Below, piece after piece: positions 1-8,722 of a stretch of DNA of 64,000 nucleotides. Location of the stretch: positions 1,088,001 to 1,152,000 of the forward strand of contig CAXXQS010000002.1 of assembly GCA_963674735.2 (NCBI GenBank). Reading direction: 5' to 3'. A program made the position numbers and the translations under genes. This stretch comes from Myxococcota bacterium (GTDB lineage Bacteria; Myxococcota_A; SURF-8). The first letter of the stretch is position 1. Each line of letters begins with the position of its first letter. The notes below the pieces were generated by a model. The model was not told the origin of the DNA, did no database searches, and saw nothing but the letters and a program-made list of their open reading frames with translations.

Positions 1-1
1 G

Positions 2-895
2 CTTTACAACCGCTTGCTGGCTTTCGACCCCGAGAATACACTGGCCCAACGGCAACTCGACCGGCTGCTCAGTCGTCAACGCTGGCGCACGCGCGGTTCG
101 CGGGCTCTGATCGCAACGGTGCTGCTGGCCGGACTGGCCGTGACCGTCTGGCTCCTGTTTCATCGCCTGGCGGATATGCCCAGCTCGGCACCGGAAACGG
201 ATAACGAAGGAAAAGTCTCGGCGTCGTTCCCATCCGACTCCCCCGCACCGGAGGATCCTTCCGCAGCGGCAATCGATCCCACTCCAGCGGCCCGGAACCT
301 CGCCCAGCGCACGCCACCCAAACCCAAGCCGGTCGTTTCCAAACGAATCGATCGCAAGCCGGCGACGGTGGTGAAACGCGAGGACAAACCCGGACTGCCT
401 TCCACGTCCCCGGAGGCGCCGGTGGGTGATTTCACCGGCACCTTGAAAGTGGTGACGTCCCCCTGGGCCGATATTTACGTCGATGATCGCAAGGTGGGCA
501 ACTCGCAGCTCGATGCCAACAAGCGCTACGAGCTGTCGGCCGGGCAGCATCGTATCCGGCTGATCAACCCGGCTTGCGAACCCGTAACGGAAACCGTCAC
601 GGTCGAGCGAGCCGGCCAGATGGTGGAAATCCGGCGGCGGCTCAGTTTGCGTCCCGCCCTGCTGGACCTGAAAAACAGCCAATCCGCCATGGTGTTCATC
701 GATGGTGAATTTCGCGGCCGTACGCCGCTGGCGGCCCCCTTGACGGTGCGTTGGGAGGAGCAGGTTTCCAGTCGACGTGTGATGGTCAGCTTGACCAAGG
801 CCGGATTTCAACCCGTCAACCAAACCTTGACCATGACGGCCGGAAACACCACCCAGGTTGAACTTGAGCTGACACCGCAGGAGGGCGCACCATGA
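2..895 (+). CDS. PEGA-domain membrane protein, C-terminal part (5' truncated by window; possibly a Ser/Thr kinase)
   Basis: Frame open from window edge; TM helix, Pro-rich linker, two PEGA-like repeats (PWADIYVDD..G; AMVFIDGEFRGRTPL). Confidence 0.7.
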   Translation, partial: LYNRLLAFDPENTLAQRQLDRLLSRQRWRTRGSRALIATVLLAGLAVTVWLLFHRLADMPSSAPETDNEGKVSASFPSDSPAPEDPSAAAIDPTPAARNLAQRTPPKPKPVVSKRIDRKPATVVKREDKPGLPSTSPEAPVGDFTGTLKVVTSPWADIYVDDRKVGNSQLDANKRYELSAGQHRIRLINPACEPVTETVTVERAGQMVEIRRRLSLRPALLDLKNSQSAMVFIDGEFRGRTPLAAPLTVRWEEQVSSRRVMVSLTKAGFQPVNQTLTMTAGNTTQVELELTPQEGAP

Positions 896-1872
896 GCCGT
901 GTCGTCCTGCTGGTTTGTTTGTGGGGGATACTGGTTGTCTCGACCGATACCGCGTTTGCGCAGACACCGGCGGAGACAAGCGCCGAGGCCGCTCCTCAGC
1001 CGGAAAACCCCACAGCCGAAACACGGCCCGCGCCGCCTCCCTCTGCCGAGGACCAGCCCGTTCCATCCGATACGACGGGACGCGATTTGGTCGAGCGCGG
1101 GCGTAACCTGTTCGAATACGGCGATTATCCTTCCGTAATCAAAGTTCTGCGTTACGGCTTGGAAAACAACCGCTTCAACGACGAAGAGCTGCTGGAAGCG
1201 CATCGGCTGCTGGGCGTGGTCTATCTGATCCTGCAAAAGCGCGACCAGGCACGCGAACACTTTCTCATCCTGCTCACCCGCGAACCGGATTACGAACTCG
1301 ACCCGCTATACGTGCCTCCCATCATTATCGATTTCTTCGAGACAACGCGCGAGGAAAATAAAGACCTGCTCGATGCCATCCGCGCCCGCCGTCTGGGTGA
1401 AGGGGAAGCCCGCAAACCGTTGGAAACGACGACGGTCGTTCACAATGTCAATCCCTACTACATCAATTTCATTCCCTTCGGCGCGGGGCAGTTCCAAAAC
1501 GGCGAGCCGGTCAAGGGCACGCTGTTTCTGGTGGGTCAGACGGTGGCGTTGGCCCTCAACGTAAGCGGCTATTTCATGTCGATCAGCCTGGAGGGGTCGG
1601 ACGGCCTCTATTCCAAAGGAGATTCCAATACGGCGCGCAACTGGCGCATCGTGCAGTACAGCGCCTTGGGTGCGCTCTCGGCCCTGGTGATCGGTGGCGT
1701 GGTGGACGCCCTCGTCAACTATGAACCGTATACCGTGGAGGAACCGGAGACATCCGAAGAACCGGAGGTGACGAGTACACAACCGGCCGAACCGACCGCC
1801 GATACCGAACCCTTGGGCGAGACTCCCAAACCAGACGCCTCCGATCGTGACGGCGCTCTCGATAACGACTGA
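892..1872 (+). CDS. Exported TPR protein with C-terminal membrane segments
   Basis: Signal peptide, TPR-like helices (AHRLLGVVYL..AREHF), PFGAGQFQNG motif; ATGA overlap with upstream gene. Confidence 0.7.
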   Translation: MSRVVLLVCLWGILVVSTDTAFAQTPAETSAEAAPQPENPTAETRPAPPPSAEDQPVPSDTTGRDLVERGRNLFEYGDYPSVIKVLRYGLENNRFNDEELLEAHRLLGVVYLILQKRDQAREHFLILLTREPDYELDPLYVPPIIIDFFETTREENKDLLDAIRARRLGEGEARKPLETTTVVHNVNPYYINFIPFGAGQFQNGEPVKGTLFLVGQTVALALNVSGYFMSISLEGSDGLYSKGDSNTARNWRIVQYSALGALSALVIGGVVDALVNYEPYTVEEPETSEEPEVTSTQPAEPTADTEPLGETPKPDASDRDGALDND

Positions 1873-1887
1873 AAGCGAAGGATTGTC

Positions 1888-3672
1888 ATGGCTAGCCTGC
1901 ATTTCATATCGAACCTGCCCAACAGCCCCCAACAGGTGCGGCTGTTCAAAAAGGTGACCACCCTCGGACGTGACAACACCAACGACATCCCCGTTGATGA
2001 TGCCACGGTGGACGACAACCACGCCTATATCGTGTTCGACGGCAAACACTACACGTTGTCCGGGGTGGGCAAGAAAAACGTGGTCATCATCAACGGCCGC
2101 CGCGAGAAAAACTACTCGCTCACCCATAAAGACGTGGTGACGTTAGGCGAGATTTCCTTCACCTTCGATCTGTTCGATGAAATCGGCGGCACCGAGCAAG
2201 ACACCCTGCAAGTCGAACTGGCCGCTCTGCGCAAGCTGTATCAGTTTACCGAAAAGTTGATTATCGGAACGACTATCGAGGATCTGCTCAACAGCTTGAT
2301 CGATGCCGTCATCGACGTAACCGGAGCCGATAGCGGGTTTTTGATTTTGCGCCGGGAAGACCACGCATTGGATGTAACCGTGGCGCGCAACCTCAACCAG
2401 CAAACCATCGAAAACGCCATCAGCTATGTCTCCGATTCCATCATTTCGCGGGTCATTCAATCGCGCAAATCGGTGATCGTCTCCGATGCTCTCAACGACG
2501 AAGCCTTCAAAAATTCCGCCTCGGTCATGAATCTGAAGCTGTCGTCGGTCATGTGCGTGCCGCTGATTGCGCGCGGCAACCTGCTGGGCATTCTGTATGT
2601 CGGCAACAACAACGTCATCAGCCTGTTCACCCCCGACAAGCTGCAATTGCTGGAGATATTCGCCGCTCAGGCCTCGCTCTTGATACAAAACGCCCTGCTC
2701 ATCAGCGAACTCAAATTGGACCGCGAAGAATTGATGGAGACCATCGATAAATTGCGCTTCGGTTCCATGATCGGGTCATCGACGCTCATGCGGGATATCT
2801 TCCGCAAGATCGAGAAGGTGGCACATGTGGATATCCCGGTGTTGATTCAAGGTGAAACCGGCACCGGCAAGGAACTGGTGGCGCGCGAGCTGCACAATAA
2901 ATCGCCGCGCAAAGACGGCCCCTTCGTCGTCATCAATTGTGGAGCCATCCCGCGCGAACTCCTGGAAAGCGAGTTGTTCGGACATGTCAAAGGTGCGTTT
3001 ACCGGTGCCGTGACCAACAATCCGGGCAAATTTCGCGCGGCCAGCGGCGGCACGTTGTTTCTCGATGAAATCGGCGACATGCCCGTCGATCTGCAAGTGA
3101 AACTTCTACGCGCATTGGAAGACCGCAAAGTGGTTTCGGTCGGAGCCACTCACCCCGACGAAGTCGACATCCGTATCATTGCCGCCACCAACAAGCCGCT
3201 CGAAAAAGCCATTCAGGATGGCCAATTCCGCGAAGATTTGTTTTACCGGCTCAACGTCATCACACTCTGGCTGCCGCCGCTGCGTGATCGTGAAGGCGAT
3301 GTGGTATTGATCGCCAAGTATTTCCTGAATCGTTATACGGCGGAATACGGACGCAAAATCAAAGGGCTGTCATCACGCGCGCTCGATCTGGTCAGACGCC
3401 ACAGCTGGCCGGGAAACGTGCGCGAGCTGGAAAACCGCATTAAAAAGGCGGTGGTCATGGCCGATCACAACTTGATTGAAGCCGAAGACCTCGATTTGGA
3501 CGCCAATGAGTTGACGCCCATCAAGCCGCTGGCGGTCGCGCGCGAAGAATTCCAGATGCAGTATATCCTGGAGGCGCTCAAGCGCAACAACGGCAACCGC
3601 ACCAAAACGGCCCAGATGTTGGATGTAGACCCGCGCACCATCTTCCGATATTTAGAAAAAATGGGGGATTAG
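1888..3672 (+). CDS. Sigma54-dependent enhancer-binding protein (FHA-GAF-AAA+-Fis HTH)
   Basis: FHA (LGRD..H), GAF, Walker A GETGTGKE, GAFTGA, LFLDEIGD, WPGNVREL, C-terminal HTH. Confidence 0.95.
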   Translation: MASLHFISNLPNSPQQVRLFKKVTTLGRDNTNDIPVDDATVDDNHAYIVFDGKHYTLSGVGKKNVVIINGRREKNYSLTHKDVVTLGEISFTFDLFDEIGGTEQDTLQVELAALRKLYQFTEKLIIGTTIEDLLNSLIDAVIDVTGADSGFLILRREDHALDVTVARNLNQQTIENAISYVSDSIISRVIQSRKSVIVSDALNDEAFKNSASVMNLKLSSVMCVPLIARGNLLGILYVGNNNVISLFTPDKLQLLEIFAAQASLLIQNALLISELKLDREELMETIDKLRFGSMIGSSTLMRDIFRKIEKVAHVDIPVLIQGETGTGKELVARELHNKSPRKDGPFVVINCGAIPRELLESELFGHVKGAFTGAVTNNPGKFRAASGGTLFLDEIGDMPVDLQVKLLRALEDRKVVSVGATHPDEVDIRIIAATNKPLEKAIQDGQFREDLFYRLNVITLWLPPLRDREGDVVLIAKYFLNRYTAEYGRKIKGLSSRALDLVRRHSWPGNVRELENRIKKAVVMADHNLIEAEDLDLDANELTPIKPLAVAREEFQMQYILEALKRNNGNRTKTAQMLDVDPRTIFRYLEKMGD

Positions 3673-3772
3673 CCCGACATTAATGTCGGTTTTCGATTGG
3701 AGTTTATCGTAAAGATGCAAAAACGGGTGGTCAAAACAATTGAAATGCCAACACTTTCCTTAGGGAAAGCGT

Positions 3773-3789
3773 TTGGCACCGTTTTTGCT
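3773..3789 (+). promoter_or_regulatory. Sigma54 (-24/-12) promoter motif
   Basis: TTGGCACCGTTTTTGCT: GG-N10-GC, near-perfect TGGCAC-N5-TTGC consensus. Confidence 0.7.
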
Positions 3790-4365
3790 ATGTTCAAGAA
3801 GCAGGTCTTTGGTATCTGTGTCGCTTTTGCCATGCTCGTTCCGGGACTTATCGCTTGTGTGGTTCCGGCTGACATCGATGAGCGTCCCCCGGCCGATCAG
3901 GACATCGTGGAAACCGAAGAAGACGGTTTCGATTATGTCCTGAAAATTGCCAGCGCGGGACCGTCGCCGGGACGCGTGATCCTGCCTGCCGCCTGTCCCT
4001 CATGGAGTTTCTGGGTGCAATTGCAGGAAGAAGTGGACCCCGACGACATCGCCCGACGCATCGGATTGACGGCTCGCTGGTTCCTCGATTACACCGAGGA
4101 AGATCCGAACATCATCGAAGACAGCAAGGCCTCCAGCTATCACGATGCCGTGATCAATCCCAGCGCCTTGTGGGAAGAAAGCGGCCAGGATGACGAGCGT
4201 GTGTATGTGTTGGAAGTTTTGGTGAGCGATTTGGGCTTCGGTTCGATCGAAGATACGCCGCGTGGTAAAAAACTGCGCGAGAGCGCACAGACGGATTCGC
4301 GTTTATGGGTGATTCAGATCACCGACAAAATCCCGGTGGACAATCCGGACGAGCAATGTCAATGA
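3790..4365 (+). CDS. Hypothetical lipoprotein
   Basis: MFKKQ..hydrophobic..LIAC lipobox; start codon uncertain. Confidence 0.65.
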   Translation: MFKKQVFGICVAFAMLVPGLIACVVPADIDERPPADQDIVETEEDGFDYVLKIASAGPSPGRVILPAACPSWSFWVQLQEEVDPDDIARRIGLTARWFLDYTEEDPNIIEDSKASSYHDAVINPSALWEESGQDDERVYVLEVLVSDLGFGSIEDTPRGKKLRESAQTDSRLWVIQITDKIPVDNPDEQCQ

Positions 4366-5996
4366 AACAGACTGTGAACACCATCATCGATTTCCGCAAT
4401 AGCTTGGCCCTATGGGTCATGCTGGTTCTGTTTATCCCGCTTTGGGCGGGTTGCCTGGGCGATAGTGCGCAAAGCGAAGCAATGAACGACTCCTCCGCCG
4501 ACGGCGATACCCCCGCCGACGGCGATACAATGGCCGATGGCGATCTCAATGGCGTCGTGTCGATCGAAGTGGTGCCCAACCCCGAATCGGGTTTACCGAC
4601 CCAACAGTTTCTGGATATCGACCTGGATACCTTCGACGGCCGCTTGACGCTGGTTCCGGCCGTGCGTTTTTCGGGTGAAGTGCGCGACCCCGACAATCTC
4701 CCGGCCGGAGCGACGGTAACCTTGATCCCGGCCGAATCCACCGAAATGATCATCGGTCATCCGCTTCCCAGCCTCTCCGCCACTACGACCGAAGGCGAAA
4801 TGCGGAGACTGGCTCAGGCCGACAGTCCGGCTCAGGCCTTCACCTTATCGGGAACGCCGGCTCTTTACTCTCTCTATATTTTCCCCAGCGACGAAACCAG
4901 TTGGCCACCCGTCATCCGCCATGATCTGATCGATCTGACGGACGGAACGGCGGTCAACGATGTGTTCTCTTTTGAACGGGGACTGAGTGTGCAAGGGCGG
5001 GTGGTGAACGCCGACGGCGAAGGGCTGTCCGAGGTGCGTGTCACCGCATACGATGTGGATGTCTGGAAACGTGCGAACGTGGTATATAGCGATGGCAACG
5101 GGTATTTCACGCTACGCCTGAGCACCGACGATGGCAACTACCTGTTGGAATACGGCGGGGAACAATATCCGAAAATTCAACTCGAAAACGCCGTAACCGT
5201 ATCCGGCAAAGCAATCGAACAACTATCGCCGAACAACGGTCACAACGAATGGGAAGTCGCCTTCACACCGTTTCACGGCGGGATCTGTCGAAGCTCCGGC
5301 CAAGTGGTGGGTGGTGACGACGCGGGGGTGGCGAAGGCCAAACTCAACTTCTCGGCCCTCATCGGCGGTGGCGAATTCGAAACGGGAACAACGGCGGATG
5401 ATGAGGGCCGCTTTACCCTCGACCTGTTGCGAACCTGGACGGACATCACCACCGATACCTACCGCGTAACCGTGGTTCCACCGACGGACAATGCCTTCGG
5501 AATCGCCGAGTTCACCTTGGATTGCGACTCGGAATCCGTAACGGATGTCGAATACAAGCTTGGAAACCGTTTGCTGCTTTCAGGAGTGGTGAAAGACGGT
5601 AGCGGACGACCGGTCGCCGATACGGTCGTGGACGTTCAGAAAAAACCGACCGTCGACGATTCCATCGCCTATGTGAAATCCACCACCAGCGATTCCAACG
5701 GCCGTTATGAAGTAGCGGTAGACCCGGGCATTTACGATCTCGTCTTCAAGCCGCCCATGGAATCCGGCCTGGCACGCTCGGAATTACGGGGCCTGCAAAC
5801 CTCCACCGATGCCACCATCGATCAGGTCTTGGCGCAGGGACAACGATTGACGGGCCAGGTGGTGGACATCGAGGGCGAAGCGGCTCCCTGGTCCTTGATA
5901 CAGGTCTATCGCGAACGCCCCACCTCAGGCTTGTCCGAATTGATCGGTTCCGGCTCATGCGACGCAACGGGCAACTACGAACTCATCCTGCCGTAA
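4362..5996 (+). CDS. Lipoprotein with carboxypeptidase-regulatory-like (prealbumin-fold) repeats
   Basis: WAGC lipobox, DGD linker, repeated G.V.D..G.P....V / T.D..G.Y motifs; ATGA coupling. Confidence 0.75.
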   Translation: MKQTVNTIIDFRNSLALWVMLVLFIPLWAGCLGDSAQSEAMNDSSADGDTPADGDTMADGDLNGVVSIEVVPNPESGLPTQQFLDIDLDTFDGRLTLVPAVRFSGEVRDPDNLPAGATVTLIPAESTEMIIGHPLPSLSATTTEGEMRRLAQADSPAQAFTLSGTPALYSLYIFPSDETSWPPVIRHDLIDLTDGTAVNDVFSFERGLSVQGRVVNADGEGLSEVRVTAYDVDVWKRANVVYSDGNGYFTLRLSTDDGNYLLEYGGEQYPKIQLENAVTVSGKAIEQLSPNNGHNEWEVAFTPFHGGICRSSGQVVGGDDAGVAKAKLNFSALIGGGEFETGTTADDEGRFTLDLLRTWTDITTDTYRVTVVPPTDNAFGIAEFTLDCDSESVTDVEYKLGNRLLLSGVVKDGSGRPVADTVVDVQKKPTVDDSIAYVKSTTSDSNGRYEVAVDPGIYDLVFKPPMESGLARSELRGLQTSTDATIDQVLAQGQRLTGQVVDIEGEAAPWSLIQVYRERPTSGLSELIGSGSCDATGNYELILP

Positions 5997-6002
5997 TCGC
6001 TT

Positions 6003-6263
6003 TCACGGCTTCTGAAGCAAGCGTTTCACATCTTCTCGGATGATCCGCAAATCCTCGCGAATGTCACTCATCTGGCGGCATAAATCGGATTGCAGATCGG
6101 CGACGCGCACGTCGGTATAAAGTTGCATATCTCGGTAAAGTCCGAAACCGGCGGCCGTGAGGCTCATCATCAGTGTAACGGCGATCCAGATCCACCCGCG
6201 CCACTCAGCCAGCTCTTTTAAAGTCATCGCGCTTCCTTTCGCGTCGAAGGCCATGGGCATCAC
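6003..6263 (-). CDS. Small single-TM coiled-coil protein, holin-like
   Basis: 86 aa, one TM (WIWIAVTLMMSLTAAGFGLY) plus coiled coil; last gene of cluster. Confidence 0.45.
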   Translation of the reverse strand: MMPMAFDAKGSAMTLKELAEWRGWIWIAVTLMMSLTAAGFGLYRDMQLYTDVRVADLQSDLCRQMSDIREDLRIIREDVKRLLQKP

Positions 6264-6985
6264 TAAACGCTACTGATAGCCAGGCAGGGACCGGTCAACT
6301 CGCCATCTTGAATTTCGATAACCGTCTCCGGCGGTGCCCACAAACGCAATCCCCAATACCAAGGCGTTGACGGCAGAGCGCCACGGATATAAGGGACTTC
6401 TTGCAGACCCATCACAAGCTCCACCACCGTCCACGTGGGTTGGTCCACCCATTGATCGGTTCCACGCCCGATCATATGTGCGCCTTCGGCATCGGCATAC
6501 ACCGCCGCATAAAGCCGCGCGGGGTCGGATCCCGCCGTTTGGCGCACCTGCACGCGCGTGCGTAAAAACACGGCATAATCATGTGGGACGAAAGGCTGTG
6601 CAATCGCTTTGCGCCAGTTCCATCCGGCATCCGCTTCAATGGCGGTACCCGTATGGAAGTCGTTGACCACCGCCGGAACCGGCACGTCTTTTCCGTCCCC
6701 CGCGACAATGATCGGCGAACCGAAGTCGGGAGCGCTTTGGAATACACCCCGATTCTGGTTGACGATCACCGGAAGCCTTCTCCCGCGCCCCTTACCGGTG
6801 TGGTCGAACTGGCAGCGATTGGTTCGCATATTCGCGCCGGGAACCGGGCGGGCCATGTACCCTTCATAGAGCCAGGCACCATTTCCAACGAAGGCCTGGG
6901 CCAGATCGGCCGTAACGGCTTTGCCGTTTTTCAACGTCTCTTCGGGTAAGCTGCGAAAGGCGGGAGGAACGATCATCTGCGACAT
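6263..6985 (-). CDS. Putative tail tip/fibre protein (paralog 3)
   Basis: Downstream of hub; shares N-terminal motif with the two upstream genes; AGGAGG RBS. Confidence 0.55.
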   Translation of the reverse strand: MSQMIVPPAFRSLPEETLKNGKAVTADLAQAFVGNGAWLYEGYMARPVPGANMRTNRCQFDHTGKGRGRRLPVIVNQNRGVFQSAPDFGSPIIVAGDGKDVPVPAVVNDFHTGTAIEADAGWNWRKAIAQPFVPHDYAVFLRTRVQVRQTAGSDPARLYAAVYADAEGAHMIGRGTDQWVDQPTWTVVELVMGLQEVPYIRGALPSTPWYWGLRLWAPPETVIEIQDGELTGPCLAISSV

Positions 6986-6997
6986 TCTGTGCCTCCT

Positions 6998-7981
6998 TTA
7001 CAGATGTGAGAAATAGGCGATGGTTACCGGTCGCGGTGTTTTCTTTTCACGTTTGAACCACAAACAGGCATCCTCCGGCCCCAAGGTAACCGGCAACAGC
7101 TGCAACAGATCGCCATTGAAAGTCAGATCGACCTTGAAAGAGTGAACGCCTTCCTCGAACGTGCGCAGGTCCAGGCTCAATGCATACCAGATCGGCTGCC
7201 GACTCCCGGTGGGATAGAGTGTTTGCCAATCACCGTTGAGATCGCCACTCGAAAGCCGTATTTTAAAGGCCCAAACCGCATCGTTGTCGGTGGGTAAGGA
7301 TAGCAGTCGCTCTCCGTCCGCCATGGAAGCAGACAAACTGCAGGCGGCGGGAATCAGTAATGTGAGACGGCGCGCCCAAGCGGGAACGAAAAGGTTTAGT
7401 GCTTTTTCGCCACGGACGCCGTACGCCCGCACAACCGTTCCACCGCCCGGAACGAGCGGCAGCGGATCCCAGAGGCTGACCATCGTAGCCTCGACATCCG
7501 AATTGTAACACGCATTTTTATAGAGAAAACGTCCGTTGATGGCCGTATCGTTAAGCGTAAGATACTGGCCATCCTGAAAATAGGCGGCGACGTTGCCGTC
7601 AAGCCATAAACGATAGCGACTATCGGTGAGAGAGCCGTTCACCACCGGATGAGGAGCCACACCGACCTGCAAATAAATGCTGGTATCGCTACTGGAAAAG
7701 AAACGTGAGAACGGCACGGCGTTGGCAGCGCCGTTGACGAAATGCCGCGCCGGTTGACCGGCAATCTGGGCCGTCCACAGCGGAATGGTCGGGCCTCCAT
7801 GCGCACCGTGATCGTGGCTCACGACCGCATTCGCGCCACCCGGCAGATCGTCTCCCGTGGCGAGCTTGAAAAGGTAGTTCAAATTTTCGGCCGCCGCGCT
7901 GAAATCCTGCGCTAAAATCGGCCGGTCGGTTTGCAAGGCCAACGGATCGACCGTATTGAAGGTATGGTCATGAATCGTCAT
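6998..7981 (-). CDS. Putative tail tip/fibre protein (paralog 2)
   Basis: N-terminal ..ENLNYLF..PG.NA..HDH motif; ATGA coupling. Confidence 0.55.
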   Translation of the reverse strand: MTIHDHTFNTVDPLALQTDRPILAQDFSAAAENLNYLFKLATGDDLPGGANAVVSHDHGAHGGPTIPLWTAQIAGQPARHFVNGAANAVPFSRFFSSSDTSIYLQVGVAPHPVVNGSLTDSRYRLWLDGNVAAYFQDGQYLTLNDTAINGRFLYKNACYNSDVEATMVSLWDPLPLVPGGGTVVRAYGVRGEKALNLFVPAWARRLTLLIPAACSLSASMADGERLLSLPTDNDAVWAFKIRLSSGDLNGDWQTLYPTGSRQPIWYALSLDLRTFEEGVHSFKVDLTFNGDLLQLLPVTLGPEDACLWFKREKKTPRPVTIAYFSHL

Positions 7982-8691
7982 ACTGTTTCTCCGATCAATA
8001 AACCCGAGCCATCAAGCACGTGGCCCGAAACCGGTTTGAAAACCGATTCGGCGTCCGCGATCTGTGCGACCTGCCCTGCCGTGTCGCTGCGCAACCACAA
8101 TTTGAGTGAACACCAGCCGCTGAAGGCCGCCAGATTGGCGATGGGCAGGTTGAAAGTCACCGCCGTCCAGCCGGTAGCGGACGTGCTTTGCTCATCCGCA
8201 ACCAATTCCGCTCCGTCGCGCCACACCGAGAGACGAGCAATCGCCGACGCTCCCCCTTCCGCTTTCAGAAGGACCGGGAATACGAGTTCGGTGTATTGGC
8301 GGTCGAGATAAATTTCCTGAATAGCGCGCGCCAGCTTCAAGCCCGCCGATTCTTCGCCCGTCGCACCGGGTCCACCCGTGTTGGCCATCTCCCACAACAC
8401 GGGCATATAAGAGATGCTCGACGAGGACTGAGCATAGAGATGGCCCAAACGAAAGCTGCCGTGACGAGAGAGATACACGCCATCCAGGGCGTCACGCCCA
8501 TGGGCGTGACCGGATTGCGTCGCCGTAGCGTTTCCCGAAACCGGCCGATCCGTAAGATGTTCGTAAAAAGCGGCCCCGGTTTGGGCGAACCAATACGCCA
8601 CATCGGCGCTGAGGGGCGCATTGTCAGCCACTTCCTCGGTGTGCATTCCGCGCAGCGTATCGCATGGCGCACACAAAATCGGATTGCTCAT
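7978..8691 (-). CDS. Putative tail tip/fibre protein (paralog 1)
   Basis: N-terminal ..FYEHLTDRPVSGNA..HAH motif, beta-rich C-terminus. Confidence 0.55.
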   Translation of the reverse strand: MSNPILCAPCDTLRGMHTEEVADNAPLSADVAYWFAQTGAAFYEHLTDRPVSGNATATQSGHAHGRDALDGVYLSRHGSFRLGHLYAQSSSSISYMPVLWEMANTGGPGATGEESAGLKLARAIQEIYLDRQYTELVFPVLLKAEGGASAIARLSVWRDGAELVADEQSTSATGWTAVTFNLPIANLAAFSGWCSLKLWLRSDTAGQVAQIADAESVFKPVSGHVLDGSGLLIGETV

Positions 8692-8722
8692 GTTCTATCC
8701 TGTTTTGATCGGTTGAAAGGTA

